Assembly (NCBI GenBank): GCA_046538235.1
Contig: JBKHJG010000003.1
Location: 41,722 to 105,721, forward strand
DNA length: 64,000 nucleotides
Source of the DNA: Dehalococcoidia bacterium
GTDB taxonomy: Bacteria > Chloroflexota > Dehalococcoidia > GIF9 > AB-539-J10
Direction: 5' to 3'
Both the position numbers and the translations under genes were made by a program. This document shows positions 57,436 to 64,000 of this stretch, piece after piece. The notes under the pieces are model-generated. The model was not told where the DNA came from. It did no database searches and saw only the letters and a list, made by a program, of their open reading frames with translations. How positions within the stretch are numbered: the stretch's first letter is position 1; each line of letters opens with the position of its first letter.

Positions 57436-57980
57436 TAGCTAGTTCCTCCTTGCGATTGTGATAGGCCCAGCTTGATCTTCTCCGCGGGGGAGAGGCTCTC
57501 CAGGTCGATGGCCCTGGTGGGGGCTCCGGCCGGCACGCGGGTGTTCCTGGCCTCGTTCTCCAGGCTGGCCTTGACCGCCTGGGCGATGGCCTGGGCCTTC
57601 TCCACCGAGGCGTCTATGTCCTCGATGGTGCTGCCGGCGATGGTCTCCGGGGGCAGAGACGGGTTGGCCGCCTTGACGGCCTCCAGGTATTTCTGGACGG
57701 CGGCGCCGTGGGCCTCCTGGAGGGTGGTCCGCTCGGCCTGGGCGGCTTCGCTGAGCTGCCTGGCTTCGCTGAGTTCGGTCTGGAGGAGGGCGATATGCTC
57801 GTCCTTCTCGGTGAGGGCGGCCAGGGCCTCAGCGGCTGCGGTCCTCTCCTCCTCCAGCTGGGCCCTGATGGACTCCAGGTCCTCTTCCGTGGATACGCCG
57901 TCGGTCTCTGCGGGTGCGCCCGGGTTCTCCTGGGGTTCCTGATCTTGCTGTTCGTTGTCTTGTTCCTGTTCTTCGGGCAT
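57435..57980 (-). CDS. putative scaffolding protein
   Basis: 181 aa, acidic, with a predicted coiled coil (IRAQLEEERTAAAEALAAL...). It lies between the portal and capsid genes. Confidence 0.55.
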   Translation of the reverse strand: MPEEQEQDNEQQDQEPQENPGAPAETDGVSTEEDLESIRAQLEEERTAAAEALAALTEKDEHIALLQTELSEARQLSEAAQAERTTLQEAHGAAVQKYLEAVKAANPSLPPETIAGSTIEDIDASVEKAQAIAQAVKASLENEARNTRVPAGAPTRAIDLESLSPAEKIKLGLSQSQGGTS

Positions 57981-57998
57981 GTTTCCTCCTGTGAGTTG

Positions 57999-59375
57999 CT
58001 ATTCGGGCACTTCCATCTCCGGGGCCGTCGCTCTCTCTCTCGCTCCGCCTCGGGTGGAGCGTGCCTGGAACTCCTGGTTCATTTCCAGGATCCTTTTCCT
58101 CTCCTGCAGCCAGCGGTCGAACTCCTCGTCGGGGTCCTGGATGTTCATCTGGTCCATGGCGGTCCTGCGGCTGTGTACTCCCGCCTGGACCAGGAGCTGC
58201 TCGGTCTGGGCCTGCCGGTCGGTGTCCTGCGGCAGTATGGGGCCCCAGACCATTCGGTGGTTGACGTCGTGAAAGTCGTGCTTCATGTAGATCTCGGCCA
58301 GTGTGATGATCATGGCGTTGCGCCGGTAGTAGACGTTGGTGCGGACCAGGCGCTTGCGGATGACCTTCTGAATGAGGGACCCGAGCTCGATCCTGAGGGC
58401 GGCTCCGGAGAGCTCCCGCTCCACGCCGCCCCAGGCTGCCCGGGGCGTCTCCGAGACGTCGTGCATGGTGCGGTAGACGTGGTCGATGTAGTCGATGTGC
58501 AGCCTCACTCCTCCACCCTGGAGTAGATCGAGCAGGTAGGCCTTGGCGTCCTCGGGTATGGTCCACAGGGCGCCGGGCTGGACCTTGATGTCCTCGGCCT
58601 CTGAGACGTTCTCCAGGACGGCGATGGGGTTGCCGGAGAGCTCCAGGATCCGGGATAGCTGGGAGAAGGCGCGGTTCAGCTCCCTCTGGGGCTGCATGAT
58701 GACGGGGATGTCGGACACCCCCCAGAAGTGCTTGGGATCGCGGACGTTGGGGAAGATGATAAAGGGGATAAAGCCGTAGGGGTTTGGCCTGGACTCTATG
58801 AGGGCGTTCTCGATATAGAGCGAGAACTCGTCGGCGGTCCACAGCTCGGTGACCGTGGCCGTCTTGCGGCCCGGGTCGCGGCCGTAAAGGACCGTAACCT
58901 CGTCCTGGTCCAGGGTGTACCGTGAGGCCACGCGCCAGACGCGGGACAGGTCGTCTCCGATCCACCAGGCGAAGATCCCGGAGACATCGGGGGCGGTGAC
59001 CCTGATGCGCTTCTGGTCGGCATCCCAGGTGACCTTGTAGCAGCCGTCGCCCAGGACGGCGGTGTCGACCTCGGTCTCGTAATCGAGCTGGTCCAGGTTG
59101 TTGTCGTGGCGGACCTGGTTGATCAGCTCCTCGGCCCGGCGGGCCCGGGCCAGGGCGTCCTCTCCCTGGGCGGCGGGGAAGCAGGTAAAGCTGGCGCCGT
59201 GCATGAGAAAGCTGGTGACCTTGTCGACCACGGCCTTGGCATAGTTAAAGACCAGCTGGCGGTGTCGGGTTCGCGTCTCCCAGTGCTGGCCCTGGTAGAA
59301 ATTGAGGTTCTGGAGGTATCTGGCCCGCCGGTCCGTGTCGATGCGATTGAGGTGGGCTGGGTTGAAGTCATTCAT
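57999..59375 (-). CDS. putative portal protein
   Basis: 458 aa. The N-terminus carries ...YLQNLNFYQGQHW. It directly follows the large terminase gene, overlapping it by 8 nt. Confidence 0.6.
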   Translation of the reverse strand: MNDFNPAHLNRIDTDRRARYLQNLNFYQGQHWETRTRHRQLVFNYAKAVVDKVTSFLMHGASFTCFPAAQGEDALARARRAEELINQVRHDNNLDQLDYETEVDTAVLGDGCYKVTWDADQKRIRVTAPDVSGIFAWWIGDDLSRVWRVASRYTLDQDEVTVLYGRDPGRKTATVTELWTADEFSLYIENALIESRPNPYGFIPFIIFPNVRDPKHFWGVSDIPVIMQPQRELNRAFSQLSRILELSGNPIAVLENVSEAEDIKVQPGALWTIPEDAKAYLLDLLQGGGVRLHIDYIDHVYRTMHDVSETPRAAWGGVERELSGAALRIELGSLIQKVIRKRLVRTNVYYRRNAMIITLAEIYMKHDFHDVNHRMVWGPILPQDTDRQAQTEQLLVQAGVHSRRTAMDQMNIQDPDEEFDRWLQERKRILEMNQEFQARSTRGGARERATAPEMEVPE

Positions 59376-60744
59376 CTCTGAGTCCTCCTTTGGCTGCCCT
59401 GGGGCGGAAGTCCCTGGCGGCCTCGGCTGTGAGTGCCAGGCTGACCAGGAAGTCGTCGTGTCCCTCCTGGGGATCGACGTAGAAGTTCATGGTCTGGTTG
59501 GGGCGGTACTGGGACCTGGCCCTTTCCAGCTGGAGCGTGAGCTCCTGGTACTCGGGGGACCCGTCCTTCTTATAGATACGCAGCCGGCCGCTGTTGACCA
59601 GTGATAGCAGCTCAAAGCCCATGTCGGACTTGCTCCTCTGGGTAAAGGTGAACGGGACGATGCGGCTGCCGAGGTGGCTCCTGAGGAAGCTGGCGACGGG
59701 CTGCCCGATGCCTGTGCTGTCGACCAGGACCTTGTGACAGCCCCAGGCCTGGAGGATGCCCACCATCTGGCCGTAGAGCTGGCTGTGCGGTGTTCCGGTC
59801 CAGTGGTAGTGCTCCACGACCTTGACGGCCGGCTCGGTGAGGGGTGCCTGGGACCTCTGGGTGGTGTCGACTTCGGCTATAGTGATGACTGTGGAGTCCA
59901 GTTTTGAGCGAGCTGAGGCGAGGGCCTGTTCCTTGGTCTCCTCGCGCTCGCCGGCGAGGTCGATGCCTGCAACGTAGGTCTTGCCGGGCTCGGGATCCTT
60001 ACGGCGGGGGTATGTGCCGGCAAGGGACACGATCTGCTGCCTGGTGAGGAAGCCGCCGCCGCCGCGGAGTGGAAGAAGCAGGTACTGTGTGCGGAATAGC
60101 GGGTGGTCCTCGCCCAGGCGGTCGCGCTCGGCCTCTACGTAGCGGCCGTATTCGGGGTTGTGCCTGGCGACGTCCTGCCAGTCATAGCGGAAGTGGCGCT
60201 TGATGCCGTCCCTCCGCTCCAGCTCGAGGTTGGTCTGCTTGACCTCTTCCAGCAGGGTGGTGTCATCCCAGGTGGTTCCGTAGTGCACGGTGGTGACGTT
60301 GGTAGAGGACCCCATGGGTCGGAACTCCTTGCTGTACTTCTCCTTGCTCACGTCCTGGGACTCGTCGATCTCCAGGAGAATGTCGGCTGTGTGGCCGACT
60401 ACAGAGGCATGCTCGTCGGCGGAGAGGAATACGGCCCTGGCCGCTCCCAGGGTGAGTATGTACCCCATCTCGAGGCGGTAGGTGCCGTCGAAGCCGAACT
60501 CTTCCAGGCGGTCCTTGAGGCGGGCGATGGAGACGATGGTCTGGGGCTTGAAGGTGGGGGAGCACTTGACCAGGCTGCCGCCTTGGGCCATGTAGAGGGT
60601 GAGGAGGAGCACTTCCAGGTGTGCTGACAGCTCGTTCTTGCCGCCCTGGCGGGCGATCTCGACGGAGAGGGTGAGGCCTTGGCCGTCCCGGATGCTGTCC
60701 AGGACGGCCCGGGCTACCTCCTGCTGGTAGGGCCTGAGTTTCAT
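59368..60744 (-). CDS. terminase large subunit
   Basis: MKLRPYQQEVARAVL...VEIARQGGKNELSAHL is a Walker A-like RQxGK. 458 aa. Confidence 0.7.
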   Translation of the reverse strand: MKLRPYQQEVARAVLDSIRDGQGLTLSVEIARQGGKNELSAHLEVLLLTLYMAQGGSLVKCSPTFKPQTIVSIARLKDRLEEFGFDGTYRLEMGYILTLGAARAVFLSADEHASVVGHTADILLEIDESQDVSKEKYSKEFRPMGSSTNVTTVHYGTTWDDTTLLEEVKQTNLELERRDGIKRHFRYDWQDVARHNPEYGRYVEAERDRLGEDHPLFRTQYLLLPLRGGGGFLTRQQIVSLAGTYPRRKDPEPGKTYVAGIDLAGEREETKEQALASARSKLDSTVITIAEVDTTQRSQAPLTEPAVKVVEHYHWTGTPHSQLYGQMVGILQAWGCHKVLVDSTGIGQPVASFLRSHLGSRIVPFTFTQRSKSDMGFELLSLVNSGRLRIYKKDGSPEYQELTLQLERARSQYRPNQTMNFYVDPQEGHDDFLVSLALTAEAARDFRPRAAKGGLRDE

Positions 60745-61094
60745 CTTGATAGCTTTGCGCCGACGGCTATGCCGACGCCGAGGGGCGCGGCCACGTCGGT
60801 GAGGACCTTCTGGATGGCCTCCTTGAGGGTCTTTTTCTCCTGTCTGCTGATCTGGTAGCGGGTCCTTACCAGGCGGGCTATGACGTTGGCCGCCTGGAGG
60901 TGTAGGTCGATGCGGTCCGGTGAGTTCTCTATGAGCTGACGGAGCTTCCAGCGGAGGATGGCGATCTCGTCGTCGATGCCCTCGAGGTCCATGAGCTGCT
61001 GAACCTCGAGTTGCTCGGCCTCTGTGAGGGCCCGGGAGTAAAAGCCGTGCTTACGGGCGTTCTGGTTTCCGGCGGGTGGTCCTTTTCTTGCCAT
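60741..61094 (-). CDS. putative terminase small subunit
   Basis: Internal ATG start at MARKGPPAGNQNARKHGFYS, with the GNQNA.KHG motif. 117 aa. Confidence 0.5.
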   Translation of the reverse strand: MARKGPPAGNQNARKHGFYSRALTEAEQLEVQQLMDLEGIDDEIAILRWKLRQLIENSPDRIDLHLQAANVIARLVRTRYQISRQEKKTLKEAIQKVLTDVAAPLGVGIAVGAKLSR

Positions 61095-61212
61095 TGATGC
61101 GGTCCTTCTGCGCGGCCTTGGCCTTGAGCATGCCGTACACGAGGACGTGGGCGGCCAGGTCATAGCGCTGTGCTTTGAGTGCGAGCGGGAGAACCTTAGC
61201 TTTAGCTTTCAT
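61051..61212 (-). CDS. phage small basic protein
   Basis: Internal start at MKAKAKV, preceded by GGAGG. 53 aa. Confidence 0.4.
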   Translation of the reverse strand: MKAKAKVLPLALKAQRYDLAAHVLVYGMLKAKAAQKDRINGKKRTTRRKPERP

Positions 61213-61399
61213 GGTGTCGGCCTCCTGTGCGTGTTTGGGTAAGGTCCCGGGCGAACTTCTCGGTGACTGCGCGGGCGATCCAGGTCCCGATATCGAGGCC
61301 GGCAATGGCGGCTGCGGATTTGGCCATGCGGCGGGCCTGGGGCGGGAAGTTACGGATGTGGTAGCCCTTGTCCTTTGTGTTAGCGGTCTTGGTGTTCAT
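61202..61399 (-). CDS. phage small protein (possible DNA-binding)
   Basis: 65 aa, basic N-terminus (...MAKSAAAIAGLDIGTWIARAVTEKF). Confidence 0.4.
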   Translation of the reverse strand: MNTKTANTKDKGYHIRNFPPQARRMAKSAAAIAGLDIGTWIARAVTEKFARDLTQTRTGGRHHES

Positions 61400-61790
61400 G
61401 TTCCCTCCCGGCTAGTATTGCGGCGGTGTTGGCGGCGGCGATGGCCGCGTAGGACGTCTTGGCGTCGGGGGTGATCTGGTAGCGGGTGTTGCGGCTGTCG
61501 CCCAGCCTGGTGATGGTCACGGACGCAAAGTTGGTGTCGTGCGGTCGCGGTACTGTCCTGAGGTCGGTCATGACTTGGTCTCCGAATTCCCAGGCCGCCG
61601 GCTGGTTGTCAATGAGGAGGCGGGCCTGGTAACGCCATCGTGTGGGGAGGCCTGCGAGGCAGTGGGGGCATCCCTGGCCGAGGCAGAGCTCGCTCCTCTG
61701 CCCGGTCCAGTGTTTGGGGACGCTCTTGATGGATGCGAAGTCGATGCTGGCATGGACGCTCTCTCCCTCTTTGATCCTGAGCCACTGCAT
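61380..61790 (-). CDS. phage hypothetical protein with CxxC motif
   Basis: Internal ATG at MQWLRIKEGE. CLGQGCPHC. Confidence 0.45.
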   Translation of the reverse strand: MQWLRIKEGESVHASIDFASIKSVPKHWTGQRSELCLGQGCPHCLAGLPTRWRYQARLLIDNQPAAWEFGDQVMTDLRTVPRPHDTNFASVTITRLGDSRNTRYQITPDAKTSYAAIAAANTAAILAGREHEHQDR

Positions 61791-62956
61791 TGCCTCTCCT
61801 CCTGTCGGCCGTATTCGGGCGGGGGCGGGGGGAAGGCACACTCACTGCTGTGCACTCTAACCTTCGATGTCTCCCCCGGCGTTCCCCCATGTCGTTCATT
61901 GCTTAAGCTTAAGCTTAAGCGCTTAGACTTACACTTCTTACTATCAGGTATTGAGCTTACGCTTCCGCTTTCGTCAAGCAGGGCGATCGCAGACTGAAGG
62001 TGCGAGGGTAGCAGGTCCAGGTAGACGGCGGTGGTGGATATGTCGGCGTGGCCGAGAAGGGCCTGGACTGCGGTGATGGGGGCTCCCTGCTCGAGAAGGC
62101 GGGTGGCGAACTGGTGGCGGAGGCTGTGCGGTGTGAGGTCGGTGATGCCGGCGGCCACGGCGTATTGCTTGACTATGGTATAGAGGCGCTTCCGCTGGAA
62201 AGGAAAGAGGCTGTCGGTGGGCTTGATGCGGTTGGACGCGATGTGCTCGGCCAGGGGTTGCCGGAGGACCTGGCTGAGGGGGATGGCGCGGTCCTTGCCT
62301 CCCTTGCCCCTGCGGACCAGGATGAAGTCGGGCGTGATGTCGCAGGGGCGGAGGTTAAGCAGCTCGGATGCGCGCAGGCCGGTGAAGGCCAGCATAAGGA
62401 GTATGAGCCTGTCCCGCGCCTTGTTCCTGGACCAGCTGTCGGTGCGGGCGTCGATGGCCTGGAGCATTGACTCGAGGTCCTGTCGGGAGTGGTACTGGGG
62501 GAGCTGACGGGGCCTCTTGAACTTGAGCTTGAAGGGTATGCCCTGGTACTCAAGGAAGGGTTTGATGGCGTGGTAGTATAGCTGTATGCTGCGGGGGCTG
62601 TAGGCGTGGGTCCTGAGGTCGGCGAGGAAGGCCCGGGCAGCCTGGGGCGAGATGGGCCGGCGGTCCAGCCAGGTGGCGAAGGTGGTGAGGCACTGCCTGT
62701 ATTTGGCGATGGTGGTGGGTGATAGGTCCGGGTTAAGTTCGACCTCGCTGAGGTAATCGTGTAGCAGGGCGACGCTGTAGCCTGGCGGCTCTGCTGGCAC
62801 CGGTAGTACCCCCCAACCCGTCCCGTGATCGCTAGTCAGATGGGAGCTGCTAGTGGGGTGTGTATGGTAGCGGTTGGGGTTGGGTGGTGTCAAGGGGTGG
62901 GCCCGGGGCCGGCCTGAGGTGAGGGGACACATAACTCGGCTTACAGGTTTACTCAC
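61568..62956 (-). CDS. tyrosine recombinase / phage integrase (XerC/D-like)
   Basis: Catalytic-domain motifs: RDRLILLMLAFTGLRASELLNLR (Arg box I), HSLRHQFATRLL (His-x-x-Arg box II) and LLGHADISTTAVYLDL (catalytic Tyr). The GTG at 62956 lies inside attR, so the true start is probably downstream. The C-terminal roughly 130 aa of the ORF is low-complexity read-through, probably not part of the protein. Confidence 0.8.
   Translation of the reverse strand: MSKPVSRVMCPLTSGRPRAHPLTPPNPNRYHTHPTSSSHLTSDHGTGWGVLPVPAEPPGYSVALLHDYLSEVELNPDLSPTTIAKYRQCLTTFATWLDRRPISPQAARAFLADLRTHAYSPRSIQLYYHAIKPFLEYQGIPFKLKFKRPRQLPQYHSRQDLESMLQAIDARTDSWSRNKARDRLILLMLAFTGLRASELLNLRPCDITPDFILVRRGKGGKDRAIPLSQVLRQPLAEHIASNRIKPTDSLFPFQRKRLYTIVKQYAVAAGITDLTPHSLRHQFATRLLEQGAPITAVQALLGHADISTTAVYLDLLPSHLQSAIALLDESGSVSSIPDSKKCKSKRLSLSLSNERHGGTPGETSKVRVHSSECAFPPPPPEYGRQEERQCSGSGSKRERASMPASTSHPSRASPNTGPGRGASSASARDAPTASQASPHDGVTRPASSLTTSRRPGNSETKS
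61901..61920. repeat. perfect 20-nt palindrome GCTTAAGCTTAAGCTTAAGC
   Basis: Self-complementary (AAGCTT)x3 core, immediately after the conserved integrase catalytic-Tyr region. Confidence 0.8.
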
Positions 62957-62959
62957 CCG
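62933..62959 (+). repeat. attR-like 27-nt direct repeat (displaced copy of rnpB 3' end)
   Basis: aactcggctta(c)aggtttactcacccg lies immediately upstream of the integrase gene. Confidence 0.7.
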
Positions 62960-64000
62960 GAAATATTTCCCCGGGGCGCCTGTTCGGCAGATGACGCAGA
63001 TGAGGCTCGAACCTTGAGCAGGGGACTATCCAAGGTGGAGGTAAGGGCGGAAACGGCATCTCAGCAGGGATGGGCGGATTTGTTAAATCGGGGCCCGGGC
63101 GGTAAACTCCTTCTATCATGGATGATATACCGCCCAAGCTTCGCGATTTCGTTCTCTTCTGTGCTCAGAGGCGGAGCCCGGAGTGGCCAGCCATTTACGA
63201 TGAGATGACCAGGGTTGCCGGGCGCAAATTGTTCCAGGGCCTGGGCTACACAGAGCTCAAGCAGATGGGGTTGTCTTTTTCTCTGTCAAGCGTAGACAGG
63301 ACCATCCAGCTGGTCAGACAGGTCACGTCCCAACGCCAGCACTGAAAGGCCGTAGGCCCTACGGCACCATGCCTATCCACAGAGAAGCCAGAGCAGTGAC
63401 GAGCAGTCCTAACTGACGGTTGCGTACCGTCTTAGGGCGATCGAGGCATAGCCAACTACCCGTGAAAAATCGCCGCTCGTATCCCCACTGGTGGCGTATT
63501 TCAGCAAGCTGGCTCTACCGGCCTTCATCTCCTTGGTCGCCACAATGGCCGAAGCCACCGGACCATACCCGCACATGGTGCAGTCGAGACGCTCACAGCG
63601 CCTGTACAATTCTTCCTCGTCAAGAGCAACGACGGCCTCGATCAGAGAGCTATCCTTCTGCGCAGCAACCGCGTAAGGTTCATAATGTGTGAAATCGCTG
63701 CTGGCGATGATTATCGCGTTACCGCCCACAGCGGAGATGGCCCTGCCCACAGCCCGGGCGGTTTCAAGGTCCTGGGCTAGCATGGCTATGGGCACTATCT
63801 TTACGGCCATATGCAGGTGTTGAAGCCAGGGGAGCTGTACCTCAATGCTGTGCTCATGAAGGTGAGCAGTCTCGTCTGCCCCGATCACCCCTCCCAGAAG
63901 CTCCCGGGTAACCTCCTGATCTACCTCCACCGTACCTAAAGGAGTATTCCAGCCACCACCTGTCCACATAGAAACAGGATAACCGTACCCGGTGTGATTG

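Larger units (their letters stand above)
44809..62959. mobile_element. about 18.2 kb integrative phage-like element (prophage or capsid-encoding satellite) inserted in the 3' end of rnpB
   Basis: It is flanked by the 27-nt direct repeats and has a tyrosine integrase at the right end. It encodes TerS/TerL, portal, scaffold and major capsid proteins. GC content is visibly higher than the flanks. Genes are uniformly minus-strand with ATGA/GTGA coupling. Confidence 0.8.

Noticed and set aside
56508-58965. Alternative-frame ORFs within the capsid, scaffold and portal genes (for example 56569..57414 plus, 57708..58526 plus, 57829..58965 minus)
   Set aside because: They are out-of-frame or antisense to well-supported coupled genes and have low-complexity translations.
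61568-61900. C-terminal 110-130 aa of the integrase ORF as genuine protein
   Set aside because: It is low-complexity (S/P/R/G-rich) and overlaps the protein-like gene 61380..61790 in another frame. It probably reflects a missing stop or frameshift near the (AAGCTT)3 palindrome.

Overview
This 64 kb window comes from a high-GC bacterial chromosome. Genes are densely packed, mostly on the minus strand, with strong AAGGAGG-type ribosome-binding sites. RemA, an InlB B-repeat expansion, a translin-like protein and an archaeal-type HMG-CoA synthase/DUF35 module hint at a Chloroflexota-like lineage, but that is inference only. Host content, in order: (i) secreted/surface proteins at 1.7-13.3 kb, comprising two paralogs with a shared Cys-motif C-terminal domain, two large beta-helix proteins and InlB B-repeat proteins; (ii) housekeeping genes uppS, a geranylgeranyl reductase-family gene, dxs, mutS, ybeY, birA, aroA, remA and gmk; (iii) an acyl-CoA cluster with an HMG-CoA synthase-like/DUF35 fusion, a MenB-family crotonase, an SCP-x thiolase, hbd, two acyl-CoA dehydrogenases and a carboxyltransferase, plus thiE, pabB/trpE and sucCD; (iv) tRNA-Ser(TGA), an internalin-like LRR lipoprotein and RNase P RNA (rnpB). 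The most striking feature is an ~18.2 kb, very GC-rich integrative phage-like element (about 44809-62959) inserted in the 3' end of rnpB. A 27-nt direct repeat (1 mismatch) flanks it, and a tyrosine integrase sits at the right end. It carries a tightly coupled leftward operon for small terminase, large terminase, portal, scaffold, major capsid and connector-like proteins, a Gp37/Gp68-family protein and one 684-aa structural protein. No recognisable tail tube, tape measure, sheath or lysis genes are present, which suggests a capsid-encoding satellite or a minimal temperate phage. No CRISPR array or rRNA is present. Function calls were made by eye from the protein sequences, not from database searches.
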